Assembly (NCBI RefSeq): GCF_009914755.1
Contig: NC_060934.1
Origin: the human T2T-CHM13v2.0 reference genome, Homo sapiens
Reading direction: 5' to 3' (one strand)
DNA length: 64,000 nucleotides
Numbering within the stretch: the stretch's first letter is position 1; every line of letters starts with the position of its first letter. Under the pieces are notes generated by a model that did no database searches, was not told the DNA's origin, and was given only the letters and a program-made list of their open reading frames with translations. The translations under genes were made by a program, and so were the position numbers. Positions 19,880 through 37,269 of the stretch are shown here, piece by piece.

Positions 19880-19995
19880 TAGTGATGGCTACACAGTTAT
19901 GTAAATATACGAAAAAACATGTAATTGTACACTTTAACTGGGTGAATTGTATGCTATGTGAATAGCATAAAACAGCTCAATAAAGCTGTTACAAA
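19880..19995 (+). mobile_element. L1ME-type 3' end fragment
   Basis: GTACACTTTAA...GGGTGAATTGTATG...CTCAATAAAGCTGTT. Confidence 0.6.
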
Positions 19996-20819
19996 CAACA
20001 ACAAAAACACCTCTTCCTTAAAGACCATGAGATTATGGATGAGTGAAATGACAGCAGAGATAAAAGTACCAAATCTACAGGATAACAAAGATAAATTAAA
20101 TAATATAAATGTTGCCTACTGACATATTTTCTATTCACAAGCAAGCCAAAAAGTCTCTAAGATGGTGAGAAGAAATCAAATCTATAAAGCTTGTATTTCT
20201 CCCATGAAACACTCCATATAAAAGCTTCGCCAAAGATCAACAACAACAATAATAAACATATAAACTCTCAAAAGAGATATCTTTTTTGGAAAAAGTTGGT
20301 TGGATATAAAAGAGGTAAAGGAGATATACCAGTTAATTTCTTCTTCATGTACCTTCCACACTGTACACAAGAAAGTTGCAACCTGAGGGGACACACCTCA
20401 TATGGCCCTACTGCTTTCATTGTTCCAACACTTAATGAATTGTCTCACTTGATGGTCAGGCATTGCTGCTCTGCAGGTGGCCCACTCCCACTCTCCTTAA
20501 GGGATAAGGGCTGCAAACAGGAAGTAAGTGACCCTTAAATGCCATCTCTAGTTTTAAAAATTCACTGCATCTATATTTATAATGATGCAGACAGCAAAGG
20601 AGATGCTTTGAGTAAAAAGGTAATAAAGGTTGATGCTACTTAAAATAGTCAAGGTATTGGTTTAAAGCCAACTCTGGGCTCCCATCAGAAGGAAGGAGAT
20701 GAATGCTATGACCAAAGACTGAAGTTCTCTATAGAGTCCACAGCACTCAATAGTACTGTATTTTCCTGAGGAGATATAAGACTTAGCCACTACATAATCA
20801 TCACATAATAATCCATGAT

Positions 20820-21129
20820 TTATTATTATTATTTTTTTGAGACAAGGTCTTGTTCTGTTGCCCAGGCTGGAGTACAGTGGCATGATCAAAGCTCATTGTA
20901 GCTTTGACCTCTTGGGCTCAAGCAATCCTCCCTCCTCAGCCTCTCCCTATAGCTGGAATCACACAGGCATGTGCCACCATACTTGGCTAATTTAAAAAAA
21001 CTCTGTGTGTGTAGAGATGGGGTCTCCGTATGTTGCCCAGGTTGGTCTCGAACTTCTGGGCTCAAGTGCTCCTCCCACTTTGGCCTCCCAAAATGCTTGG
21101 ATTATACACATGAGCCACTGTGCCTGGCC
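20820..21129 (-). mobile_element. Alu (AluJ-like)
   Basis: Antisense dimer. Confidence 0.85.
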
Positions 21130-21174
21130 TACTCATGTTTGTTGATATGGGAAAGTAAATAAAGGTTTCAAAGT

Positions 21175-21340
21175 AGAAGAAGGAAGAAGAAGGAGGAAGG
21201 AAGAAAAAGAAGGAGAAAGAGGAGGAGGAGGGGAGAAAGAGGAGGAGGAGGAAAGAAAGAGAGAGAAGAAAGGAGGAGGAGGAAAGGGGGAAGGGAAAGG
21301 AAGGAAGAGGAAGGAAGGAAGAAGGGAGGGAGGAAGGAAA
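21175..21340. repeat. Uninterrupted homopurine (GA-rich) tract, 166 nt
   Basis: No C or T on the + strand across this interval. Confidence 0.95.
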
Positions 21341-21871
21341 TGACTGTGGCACCTTGGAATCTGTAATAGCAAGGAAAAGGGACTGTTTACACAGGTGGAC
21401 ATGTGCTCCTGACTTTTAGCACTGCAAGTTTCAGAACCTTTCTATGAGATATGAGACTACTACTAAAAACTTGGAGAGGTTATTCAGGAAACAAGGTTTG
21501 CCTAGTGATAGAAATTCTCTGTAGACAATCATGGATGATCATTTTTTCTGAAAAAGAAAAAGGGCATTACCTAAGGAAATACAAAAGTGCTTATATGAAA
21601 TGGGAGCTCTCTGGAAAGCTTAAATGTAAGCTTTAGGAGAAAGATGAATAAAAATAAAACCATGAATGAACCTAAAAATGTACCTATGAAAGGTGTAGTT
21701 AACAGAAGCTCAAAATGCCAGAGGCAATAAAATAAAGTACTACTGGCTATATTCTAAGCAAGAAGAAAACGAAGGGGACAGAGTAACAGTTCTGGGGAAG
21801 GGAATGTAATGTTCACAGATGAACAGTGAAAAAGAGCCCAACTCAAGATGGAAGTTGGCTTGCGTCTCTCA

Positions 21872-22260
<389 letters not shown>

Positions 22261-24244
22261 ATCTCCATATTGGTCAGGGCAAACGAAGAAGATGGAGCTG
22301 GTCCCTGAGGGGAAAAAGGGAGAGTAGGGACTTTGCCACTTTCAATGACTTCCAGTATTCCCACTCAGATGACTCTCACCCCAGGGCACTGAAGAAACTG
22401 TTGGGTCCTTTTCCAATATCACATGGAAGTAGCATTCTTGTGCCCACTGCAACAGTCCCACCATACACATACACAGTGTACATACTGCTTTCTTGAATAA
22501 TCTCTCTTCCAGGCTTCTCACCAATCTCATGGGATGCCCAAGGCTATTACTATTGCCTTCACTGTACACCGAAGCTCAGAATTTAAGTGACCCGCCCAAG
22601 GTCATATAACCCCAAGGAGAACAAGACCAGATCTAGACCCAGGCCATCTGACTCGGGACCAGTGCTGTTTTCACTAACCAGTGTACCTTTTTGCTACTTC
22701 TTCAACAGAGCAACTTTTAAAACTCAAGCTATATAATATTAACAAAAATAAATATTAAGTACATTTGTAGCAAGATGAATACTTGCTGGTTAAATACCTT
22801 TCGACCTGCCTTAAGAGAAGTAAAATTTCATTTAATCTTCAGACCATCCCCAGGAAGGAGTTACAGATGAGGACCTGAGGCTTCTGGCCTTAAGTAACTT
22901 GCTTGGACTTGACAGTGACTGATTGAAGCAGCAAAGGTTTAAATGTATTGGAATCTGTTCTTGCTCCAAATTCCCTACTCTTTCCACTACAACTGGCTGC
23001 TACCTTAAATGTTTACCAAGGACTACTCTGAGATATAAACAGTATATGGTTAACCCAATTATAGCAAGCAGAAAAGTCAATGGCTTTCCTGAGCCCTGAG
23101 AAGTCTGATGTTCCAAACACATTTTCATAGCATGTTCTACAATCATGCTAACAAAAGCAAAGCCATTTCTCTCCTTTTTAACTTAGTTCTAATCTTGTGG
23201 GAAGAAATACTGAGGACCTGAGCCTCGCAGTAGCTGTGAGAATAGCGGTAGGCAACAAAACAAATATATCTGAATTTATTATGATTCTTACAGGGGCTCA
23301 ATGACTACTATAAATCCCTGGGGCAAGCATATCTCCCTCTACTAAGAAATAGGCCAGGAGGTCCGTAGAATGGAGGCAAAGGGAAGGTAGAAACATGGAG
23401 AAATGGAGGCCTCCTCCAGGTTTTATTATTTCCAGGACCTACTTCCTGTACAGTCACTAGTTCTGGCTTTAGAGGAGAAAAAAGAAAGCTACTTCCATAT
23501 AAATAAGAACCCAAAGCTCTTCAGGTTAAGTTCATTGCCTAGGTTCGCCAGTGATGGTTGCGATAGAGGTCTCGATGTAATGGAATCTGGTATATGACTC
23601 GCAAATGTACAGGCACAAGCACGTCTACCAGCAACAGCAGCAGAAGTTAAAAGAACCCTCCAAGTAGCACCATGTGTTAATTCAACAAAGGTTTATCAAG
23701 CATCAATGACTAAATCGAGCAATGGGTAAATACTGGAGATCAGGCAGAGAATGAGACAGCATGCCCATCTTTGTGGAGCTTACAGTCTTGTGGGGGTTTA
23801 CAGTTACAAAAGGGCATGCTCAGATTGCTATGGATACTTAAAAATGCATGGAGTTCAGTTTGGTACCCATGCTCAGATTGCTATGGGTACTTAAAAACCA
23901 GGAATGGAGTTGAATCTTTATTACACTTTTGAATCTCCATGAATTTAAAGAATGTTTCAAAATTCTAAATTATTTTATTCATTTTAATTAAAAAGCAAAC
24001 CACTACCACTTACTCTTAAGAAGCTCAGTGAAGTAGCAAATAGAATATTTATTCTAAGCCCTGGCTCTTGTAGTTTTTGATCGGATACATGTCTTAACAA
24101 AATATAATCCTGAATATGAAAAATCCATCACCAGTTAAAATTTTTACCTAAGAAACTTGCCTGCTACACAAAATTAGTCAAAGTTGACTGTAGAGGATAT
24201 TTAGTGAAACTTCATATAGAACAGATTTACTACTTTATTAATTA

Positions 24245-24672
<428 letters not shown>

Positions 24673-25010
24673 TTATTAATACAGGGTCCAGATTGGCTCT
24701 TACTGCCTTCCATACCCCTAAGATTGCAAACAGTGGCAAAGCTGGGATTCAAGGAATTTAAACTCATGCCAATCTGCAAAACTATTAAGTACACCAACTG
24801 CCTAAAACTCTACTTCATGCCCCCTCTTTACATCAGAGGTAGCACTCTTAATGTCTCTAGAGGGCAGGCAGGTAACACCAATGAACAGTGTGGCAGGTAA
24901 GGCATGTGCATATATGGTGGAAGCAGGAGAAACAGAATGAGTTGAAGAGGAGACTGAAGGGAAAAGCAGCTATTTGACTCCAATGATTGCCACAATGTAT
25001 GATCTTGCAA

Positions 25011-25313
25011 TTTTCTTTTTTTTTTTTTAGACGGAGCCTCGCTCTGTCGCCCAGGCTGGAGTGCAGTAGCACGATCTCGGCTCACTCCAAGCTCCACCTC
25101 CCAGGTTCACGCCATTCTCCTGCCTCAGCCTCCTGAGTAGCTGGGACTACAGGTGTCTGCCACTACTCCCAGCTAATTTTTTTTGTGTTTTTAGTAGAGA
25201 CGGGGTTTCACCGTGTTAGCCAGGATGGTTTGGTCTCGATCTCCTGATTCATGATCCACCCGCCTCGGCCTCCCAGAGTGCTGGGATTACAGGTGTGAGC
25301 CACCGCGCCCGGT
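25011..25313 (-). mobile_element. AluY-like
   Basis: Antisense; TSD GCAATTTTC. Confidence 0.9.
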
Positions 25314-25735
25314 CATTTGGCAATTTTCAAACCAGAAGTTCAACATCTCATACATACTCCTGAATGTTTAAATGTTAATCTAAGTTTCTTTGTTGTTTAA
25401 GAGCACTGTGTAGGTCAAGCAGGTCACTAGCTCTCCACCTCTGCTAACATACTGTCAGTGTCATCTTCTGAACAGCACTAGTTTGGTATGCTAAATTTTG
25501 CAGGATTATTTTCATAAGTGTAACATCACTCTGGGGATGGGTGAGGCAGAAGATTCCTTAATGCCTTAAATATCAACAGTGCTCTCTTTTTCAGGCAGCC
25601 TAGATGAATTCATGGACTAATGCCATGCAAGGTAGAGCTGGTCACTTATGATCATAAGGTGCCTTTCTTCCCAGGAAACTACAGAACAAACTTCTTTTCT
25701 CTCCCATAGCAGTTTCACCCTAAGTAGGTGCTTAC

Positions 25736-25917
25736 CCGTTTGTCAATGTCATTGTGCTGAAGCTGCACAAAACGAGCGCTGATGGCTGCAATGTAACTCT
25801 GCTGATTGGAGAATGCCACGCGGCCAGCACCTTTGGGGTACTTCAGCTCTGGGTCCGTATCAATGCCAGCATAGCAGACACCACCGTACAAACGGTCCAT
25901 GATCATTGCCAGTTCAA
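25736..25917 (-). CDS. CPEB3: CPEB3 coding exon, 182 nt: (V)ELAMIMDRLYGGVCYAGIDTDPELKYPKGAGRVAFSNQQSYIAAISARFVQLQHNDIDKR, RRM2
   Basis: TTTTTTTTTTGCAG acceptor; GTAAGC donor (25735-25730); phase 1 in (G|TT = Val), phase 0 out; within ORF 25715..25939. Confidence 0.95.
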
Positions 25918-26673
25918 CTGCAAAAAAAAAACAAAACATGGATGTGTATAAATATCTGGGAGGTACTCTTGCCCAGGAGAAGGAAGAATTATTTAGAGAT
26001 CATGCAATGTAATTAAGAAAAGGAAAACCCATGTTAAGTATCATGAAGAATGTCCACACCAGTCTTACAACTCAAGTAGGGAAGGTCCTCACTGGGTGTT
26101 TTGAAATAAAATGGAAAAAAAATTAGGAATTTACAACATACACACAAGAATTTATATAATCAGAACTTTAGCAGTAGTATAGAAGAAATGAACTACCAGT
26201 AATCCTGTTCTAATTTCTAATTGCTTAGTCCAATGGAATGCACCCTGGGTAGGCAAGGCATTTCATGCTGCCCTAACAAGTTAATAAGAAACAGTCCTAC
26301 TTACTAACCTCTAAGACTAAAAGCAATTACTAGTGTCACACTACTATATTAGGACTAAGCTATAGAAAGGATTAACTAACTGCTTGTTTTAACTAGAGAC
26401 AATTTGTTTATAGCCTTAAAGTAAATCTCCACAATTTAAAAAAATAAAGATTTTAGAGTATATTCTAACCCAACTGTGAACTCTCCATACTAACCTTTCC
26501 CATTGAATTCTAAATAATACTAGTAATGATAATAGCCACAATAAACATTTACTGAGCACTTACAACCTACCACAGAGCACTAAGGTGCCACACAAATAGT
26601 AAAAACATACCCATGTTGTACCTTGCTACAGATCCAGAGGTCTGGCCTGTACTCCTTGTCACATTTCTTCTAA

Positions 26674-27016
<343 letters not shown>

Positions 27017-28313
27017 TTACAAAACAATAAAGGTACCATTAGAAAAACATGTAGCACTTACCTGCATACCAGATTGTCTGAAGGTAATTGTTTACTTGAT
27101 AGTGGACAGCACCTTCTCCAGGTATGACCATTCCTTTTAGGCTACTCACATAATATAAGTCCAAAAGACTCAGCACTACCCCTGGGAAGTGACCCAAGAA
27201 CCTGTTTCAACACCTATATATAGTATTTGGAAAGGAGAAGACAGGGAAGACAGACAATGACCTGGGCCACAGCCAATGTGCAAAGATCATCACATAGTAG
27301 ATCTCCACAGGAATCAGTATCTGGGGAGATGGAGAGCAGCACAACTCTTCTCTTCTAGGAGAAGAGTTCTGCAGAATGTACAAAGGGTGAAGGGCTGAAT
27401 AGTATAAGAACTCCACTAGATGTCTATGAACAAAAGGAAAGCCAAGCATTACTGGTTTCTGTACTATGAAACTGCTGAGGAAGTAAGAAAAACTGTGTTG
27501 CTACATCAGAGAGGCTATGTTTACACTTCTCCAAAAGTTCTTTACATACCAGATTGCCTATTGGTGACTGTTTTCTAAGTGCCTATTTTTAACAGGAAGG
27601 ACAACCTACAACCAACTAGTAATTTTCAGAAGGTGAGAAAATAAGCTAGTAATAAGTAAGCCTAAGAGTAAGTGCTATTAAAGACAGAGCAGCAAAAAGT
27701 TATCTCAATTATACCACTATGGTCAGAATTACTAAGCCATATCAGCCAAGGGAGAATTGTCCGTTAAAGCCAAGTTGATGCTGACTGCAGTCTTGGGGCA
27801 GGATCCAGGAATCACATTCATTCAAACAATGTAACAGGAATTGTGTGCATAACCCTAAATATTAGAGGTCCTTATACTTCATCCCAACAACCTCTGATGG
27901 TTTGAGAATCTCCTCATACGGCTAATGTTACTGCAGTAACAGAGATCAAGAAACTGAAGGCAAAATTAATTGTTAATTGCAGTCATTAATGAATTTCCCT
28001 TATTGGTTGAATGGGTTTAATGAAATAAGTAACCTCAGGACCCTGTAAATTAAATACTAATTTTCAAAAGACAAGGCTTCCTCTGTAGTGAAATAAGAGA
28101 GGGAACAATCTCTAAGCCTGGTGAATGGCCAGGAAAAGAATGCTGGCAAGGAATTGAATGGCACTTGTCTTCCACGATAGGAAGGACTCAATAAAGTGCC
28201 TGATTTAGAAAGAAGGCACATGAGTGGTAAGCTTGAAACTCCAGCTAAGCAGGAGAGTTACTGTAACCACAGATTTTTCTACACCACAGTGGTCTCCAAA
28301 AAATCTTCAGGAT

Positions 28314-28597
28314 CGCCGGGCACGGTGGCTCACGGCTATAATCCCAGCACTTTGGGAGGCCAAGGTGGGCGGATCTTGAGGTCAGGAGATGGAGACCATC
28401 CTGGCTAACACGGTGAAACCCCGTCTCTACTAAAATACAAAAAATTAGCCGGGCGTGGTGGCAGACGCCGGGAGGCTGAGGGAAGAGAATGGCATGAACC
28501 TGGGAGCTGGACCTTGCAGTGAGCCGAGATCACGCCACTGCACTCCAGCACAGGCGAAAGAGCAAGACTCTGTCTCAAAAAAAAAAAAAAAAAAAAA
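28314..28597 (+). mobile_element. AluY-like with small internal deletion
   Basis: TSD AAAAAATCTTCAGGATC. Confidence 0.9.
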
Positions 28598-28887
28598 TCT
28601 TCAGGATCTCCTGATGCCAGAGAAGCACAAACATTCCATTACTTTGTGAATCTATCTGCTTGAAATCATCTGCACATTCCAAGGATTAGATCGTGACTGA
28701 TGTTGCTGGCAGTTAAGTACTTTTGATAGGAAACAGAAACCCTCATCTGCTTATGCTCTTATGACAACCAATTATAAATAAATAATTTCCATTTATGAAC
28801 TTATATGTAGTTGCTTTTTTGGCCACCAAAAAGTCTGCAGACATTTGAGTTGATTAGGTCTCACTTAAGTGAAGGGCAATTTGTTGA

Positions 28888-29290
<403 letters not shown>

Positions 29291-29895
29291 TCATCTGTAT
29301 TTTAACTACAGAAAGTCTAATACTATGACCACCCTTGAAGGGAAGTAAACAATAGTCAAACAACTGCTGTTCATATTTGGTCTTTTGCTCAACCAGTGAG
29401 TCTTCATTCAGCATACTTTATTAAGCATACTTAAATGAACTCATTTAAGTACTAAACAGAATTTCTAGTCCTCATTTGAAACCATCCTCTGCAGAGGGCA
29501 GAGACAAAGTAGCTCCCAGGAGGATGTTCTTAACATTTAACCTGAGGAAAATGAGGGTAGCAGAGCAGGGCATAGAGGCGAAGGAATCCAGAGTTCACAC
29601 AGAGGTGAAAATAGGTATATAGTTCACGAGGAAGTCGAGACTTTCCAAACTACTTTTTATTTTCTTTCCCATCCAGACAGTGCTCATTGGTCTGTCTGGT
29701 CATGGTGGGAAGATGGCGGTCTAATAGCTATGGTTCAAGGGTATACCATACTTTGGACAAGATGCTCTGTGATCCTAAGACAACTTAAGTTGTCTCATGA
29801 ACAACTTCCATGGTAGCAGCAACACAATGAGTCTAATCCACATGCTGGCTCTTGTGATGAGCGTCACTGTGCCACAGACTGGAGGGGCAAACTAG

Positions 29896-30321
<426 letters not shown>

Positions 30322-32638
30322 TGCTCCCAATTCTTTACAAAGATGTGAAAGGGTCTTTAGTTCACCAGAGAGGAAACCCATGATGACTCCTTCTTCATGG
30401 GTTCACCTTAGGGCCCTATTTATATCATTTAATTATAATACATTTCAAAGCCAGCTAAGGCAACATGTGAGTCTGAGATACTGGAGAGCCAAACGAGATA
30501 GAGTAGAAATGAGGATTCCAGAGGAAAATAACACATTCGTCTCTACAGATTCTAAACTGCGAATCTATAATCCATATTTCTTCTCTTTGGAAATAAGGAC
30601 AAAACAGATAGGCAAGAGGCATAGGGCACCTTAAGATATCAAAGAGGTCTTGACTTCTGAAAGAAAGGAAGATTAAACTTGAGGAGGACTTTCTAGGTTT
30701 ACCACAATTGTCAAGTTGGTTCAAGGGCAATTCACACACTTCAAGTGGAAGAAATGTGCTCATAAGCTTCTGCTCTGCATCAGATATGTTGGGAAGTTAA
30801 GAATATTTTCAAATAGATGGTATGAACAATGAATTAAATCAGACAGAGTACACTGGTACCAAGTAGACTGTTACTACTGTTACTGAGACAACATCTCAGA
30901 TCTCAGCTTAATAAAGTATCTTTCTTTCGACCTGAGAAAGACCAGTTACTCTATCTGAACTCTGCTTCATCATCTCGAAAGCGCAGTCTACCACTTACAA
31001 TCTCACAGGGTCATTGTGAGAATTAAACATCCATGAGAGCTCTGGGCACACTGCTGAGGACAGAGTGGTATTCAAATGTTTAGTTTTGTCCAGGGTTCTT
31101 GCCCCTCTCCCACCCTGTGAATCTCTGCTTAACATTTAAGTTGGCCTGGTTTTATGCTCTATAAGTATCAATTCATTGCAGTGTTATTTTGGTTTTATGC
31201 TAATATCACACAGCCTGCCACTGATATGGCAAAGTTTGACATCAGCTTTGGATGAGGGTTTGCTTTTGGTGCAGAGGGAGGACACAAACACATACTAACA
31301 TTAGGAAAACCCTTATCCCTAAAGGTAATACAGTTAATCAAGTCAGTATGCCAAATCTGGAGTTTATCCGGGACAACCCATACTGAACTTAGGACATGGT
31401 GAAAAAGCTTCTACTGTTGAAAAACTTGATACAGGATGGTTTCTGCCTGCAACCATATCATAAAACAACAATAAAGGATAGGGTTATAATATACTCCTGT
31501 TTCCTAAGTCACAAATCAGGACATGGTTTCTAATACATGTGAACTATCAAATGTTTATATAAAATGTCTGAAATAAATGATCTTAGAAAAATTCAGGATA
31601 TATGTTCTCTAGATATATGCCACATATCTCTGAATATTTACTTCACAAATTTTTACCTCCCACAGAAAAACCATCCTCACAACAGTCAGGGCAGGTGGGG
31701 AAGGCAGAGAAAGAAATTTCAGGATTCACCACAGAATATTGGTAGGGGAAAAAAAGAAAGGAAGGAATTATCACAGCAATTGTTAGGAAAGATAGAACCA
31801 AAAGATGAACGAGAAAACAGTAGGTTGTGGGGATTCAGATGAGCACTCTCTCAAGATTGATCTGTTTGCAGGGCCTAAGGAAGTCATGAAGTCAAGAACA
31901 GTTTATATGCTTCTAATGAGAAAGACTGAAAGTTTTTCCAGCCTGATCAAGGTTGGGAATGAATGGATCCAAAAGCTTGGTCACTGGGGCAGTCCTCCCA
32001 TCAGATGCCAAAACCAAGAAATTTGGGATCAGAGGAATACTCATGTTAATCAACTGGGGAAGAGTACAGAGACCACATACCTCACTCTCTACTTTTTCCT
32101 GGTGATATCATAACCCCCAAGTCTGGCACTTATTTTCTGTCAGAGTGAAGAGATATGCATTCTGGAGAGGTCCTAATGCCACAGAGATATGCAACAGGGC
32201 TATTTCTGTATGGAGATTCACATTACGTGAATGAAGCAGAGTGGCAACGTGTTGTACTTCCAGGTGGCAGCAGGAGGAGAATCAAACTGCCCATTATTAC
32301 CCTGTACTGACTCTAAAGAATATGCGAGCTTTAGCCACATGGTGGCACGGTGAGTCTACTTACAGGCTTTCCTAATATGAGGGCAGGGTGAGGTGGGGAG
32401 TAGAAAGAAAACAAGATCTGATAAACACCAGGAGACTTCAGGCAAACCATCGTTGGCTTGCTATTGTCACCGATGGGAATGATGAAAGGAAGAGACAGTA
32501 ATAATGTGTATTATTTGACATAGAAAAACCCACAATCAGGCAATGAGTAAGCTCATCTAAATTTTCCACTGATATTTTCCCATTTTCAGCTTTGCTTTTC
32601 TTTTCCTTTCTAGGACTGTGATTTTTTTCCAACCTAAT

Positions 32639-32856
32639 TTTTTTTTTTTTTTTTTTGAGATAAGGTCTTACTGTCACCCAGGCTGGAGTGCACTGATGCA
32701 ATCTCAGCTCACTGCAGCCCCGAGCTCCCTGGGCTCAAGTGGTTCTCCTGCCTCAGCCCCCCAAGTAGCTGGAACTACAGGAGTGTGCCATCATGCCTGG
32801 CTAATTTTTGTATTTATTGTAGAGACAGGGTTTCACCATGTTGCCCAGGCTGGTCC
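32639..32856 (-). mobile_element. Truncated Alu
   Basis: Antisense; ends at CAGGCTGGTC. Confidence 0.85.
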
Positions 32857-33915
32857 AACCTGAGTTTTTAAAAGGAAGGTTTATCAAAGAACCAGAAACT
32901 CAGGACAATACTGCTTAAAATAGGTTGCCTTTTTTCTTTAAGAGGTGTTTGTATATTTCTGTTTAAAGGGATAAGGCCTGTATTCAGAATAACTATCAGT
33001 GATATTGGTCCTTGTCTTACAATGAGGAAATATCAAAGATTAAAAAAAAAAAACTCACAAGATCCAAAGGAATAACACTTCAGTGATAACATTTTAGTCA
33101 CTGTGACATATTAAGGGATACTTTTTGGCCCTGAATAAGGTAAAAATCCACCTGGACATCTAAAATCACACCTGTTGAGTAGGGACACCCATATCTAGTC
33201 CAGGATCAGTCTACATAAAATGCTTAAAATAGTTTTAGACTTTCCAAAATTCCATAACTAGAATATCCCTTGGAAATAATAAAAAATGCTCTAAAGCATT
33301 TCAAAACCAAATTTGAAAATCATGTTAAAGAATATAATCTGGTCTCCAGTTAATTCTGAGTTCACATTCTATAAACACATTTGTTTTCTTCTGAAATCTT
33401 TTGACTGTCTGTAAATGATTACCTCTTTAACATGATAGTGGGATATTCAGTTTTGCATGACACATATTTTCTCAGTGCCAGTAATACAGTAGATGCTCAA
33501 TAAATGTTTATCATTCAAGTGAACTGTACTGTATTCAACTTCAGCTTGTCTAGCAAAGTCACAATGAATTCCTTTAAAAAACGTCTTCTATTCCAAGGTA
33601 TACATCAGTTCCCAAAGCTCAGTGTGTTTCAAAGAAACCCAATCCCTAGGATTATAGATAAAAGTTGCAGATGTTAACTTTTTGTCTTGATAACATGGCC
33701 CTCTAAACTAGAAGTCTTGGGATGAATGGTAAAATTCTAAGACAATAATATAGATTACTTTGCCACCTAGAAACTAGCTATGCTTAAGGGAAGTGTTGGC
33801 ATGGGAGGAACCCTATCAATAATTCAAGTGATTTTAGATTACTATCCACATAACTATAAAAACAAAACATTTTAAAACAAAAAATTTTAGCTTAGTTGAA
33901 AAAAAAGAGAACTTC

Positions 33916-34237
<322 letters not shown>

Positions 34238-34663
34238 CTAGTCAGGGAACACAAAATCCCATTTCTTACTAGACAACTAAATATAATTCTTGTTTAATCC
34301 TAGAATTTGTGGCATCTTGCAGATACCAAATGTTAAAGAATATAATTTCATGCCCAGGGGTTCACTTCTTGCAGTGTTGGTGTGATCATACAGCAACCTT
34401 TTGGAAAAGGTATCTTCACAGGATTTACAGAAGAAAAATGATACATAGGCCCTTACCTATCCTTCCAAATCATTAAAACAGGAAGAATAAAGAGTGAATA
34501 ATACAAATTGAAGTTTAATGTATAAACTTGTATGTCTGTGACTTAGATAGACATAAGAAGTTACAGCCAATTCTGTTATTTTTATAACTATAGGGCTTTT
34601 TCAGAATATTTTTTCAGATTCCTATCTAGGAAAAAAAGGAAAGGGGCTAGAACATAAAAACTA

Positions 34664-34975
<312 letters not shown>

Positions 34976-36239
34976 CTAATTTGTGCTTGCAGTTAGTTGC
35001 AAAAGGAATAGCTAGAATACTAGCAATGATTGTCCATTTGTAAAATAAGGAAAAGGATTTCTGTCCCTCTCCACTCCTAAATATAACACTAGTTAGAAAA
35101 AGTCAGAAATATTTCACAACACCTCCACCATTTTTTTTAAAGCACAGTTTACAAAGGGCTGCATTTGCCCCCATCTCATAATGCTTTTCACGTTTGAATT
35201 AGCCCTTCTTAGACTTTATTCTCCGACTGCAGATAAAAGGGGAGCATCTCTGCTGTTTTGCTTTCTATCTTTCATTTGACAGTTTTCCATTCGAATGAAG
35301 AAAATAAGACCCAATCAGAACAAATATGTTTAAAAGTTCTTCAAAATGAAATTATGAGTGTCTTTATATAGGTCTAAAGTTATCTTTTAGGTGTAGGCTG
35401 GAGTTGGGATTTGGATGAGTATGTTACAAATGTTGAGGAACTTTCAGAATTAAGTTTTGAAAGTAATACAGCTAAATAACGTTAGGTTACATTTTATAAT
35501 TCCATTTCACAACATGATTTTAATGATCTCTGCTTTTTGTTTTAATTTTAGGTAGAACTAAGTCTATGTGCATATAAATAACACAAAAGAAATGTACTTT
35601 CACAGTGGCAACAGTAACTTTTTTTGTCTTACTTTAAAAAAATAAACTTAATATTCTAAGTGCTTCAAAAACTTAGATCTTAGAAATGATTTTGTTATAC
35701 TCCACTGGCATTAATAGTGGTTATTAGGAGGCTGATGTACAGCTGATTGGATTTGTCTTTGGATTTAAATATGTATTGAAGCCATCAGTTCAACAACACT
35801 TCAAACTCTCCAGTCAATTATGATTCTGCTCAAATCCAGCAGCACAATTATTTCATCACTGGAAAGGAACTTAAAAAAAAAAACCAACAGGGAAGCTTTA
35901 AAAAAGATTTCTGTCATACATAACAATGCTGACTGGCATAAGAATGCACATTGCCAAATGTGTTATTATTTTTTATATAAGCAATTAAATAGGAAAGCAC
36001 TAAATAGAATTCATTTTGTCAACATAACTGTTTAATGAAATTCACTTTTGCACCATAACAAAATAGAGCATTTTGGGAGAAAACCTTTAATCCTGAAAAA
36101 GCTCAGTGAAAATGATGACAGCCTTCTTTTTGGAGACTATGTATAGCTGACTGGAAACCTAGAAAATATTTAAGACTAAAGGCATTGGGGATTTTGTTGT
36201 TGTTGGTTTTGTTGTTGTGGTATTACTATTTCCACTCAC

Positions 36240-36354
36240 CAGCTCGAAGGGGTCGTGGAACTCCCCCAACAAAGATAGTTTTTCTGGGGTCCAAAGGCTG
36301 AGAACCATCCATTACAAAGTCACTGTCACTTAGGTTCCATGGTCGAATTTGCAC
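36240..36354 (-). CDS. CPEB3: CPEB3 coding exon, 115 nt: VQIRPWNLSDSDFVMDGSQPLDPRKTIFVGGVPRPLRA(V), RRM1 end, linker and RRM2 RNP2
   Basis: Translated by hand (absent from the ORF track); TTTTTTTTCAG acceptor; GTGAGT donor (36239-36234); phase 0 in, phase 1 out, matching both neighbours. Confidence 0.95.
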
Positions 36355-36861
36355 CTGAAAAAAAGTCGTTTACTTGGTCCTTACTTCATTTCCATCAACC
36401 CCAAATGAGAATAAGATGACTAAAGACAAACCCACTGATTTGTGCATTTCACAATGAACATGACCCAAACAAAATCCAGTTAATTAGTTAACGTAATCTG
36501 CATTAAGTACCTTTCAATAGAACTCTTGGGGAATCTACTTACAGGTACTGTACTCAGCACTCTAGACATATGACATATACCATGAAACCATCAGAAACCA
36601 CCTCTGCCTGTGGTTTTTTTATTTTAAGGCAGGCTTTTAGAGACAGAGTCTGCATTTTGAATCAGATTCATCTTAACACATGATAGAGACTGTTTACAAC
36701 GTGTCACAGTACACCACTTTGTTTTAAGAGTTCATCTAAAGTACATCAGGAGTATTTTCTAAAAATTCTCCATGTCTGACTTTTTAATTCTCATCACCCT
36801 CCAAAATTCAAACATATCTTTCAGCAATATGATTTAATACAGACGAACATGCAGCAAGTTA

Positions 36862-37269
<408 letters not shown>

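Noticed and set aside
23815-23897. CRISPR-like repeat-spacer-repeat
   Set aside because: Only two units, in a human intron, with no cas context.
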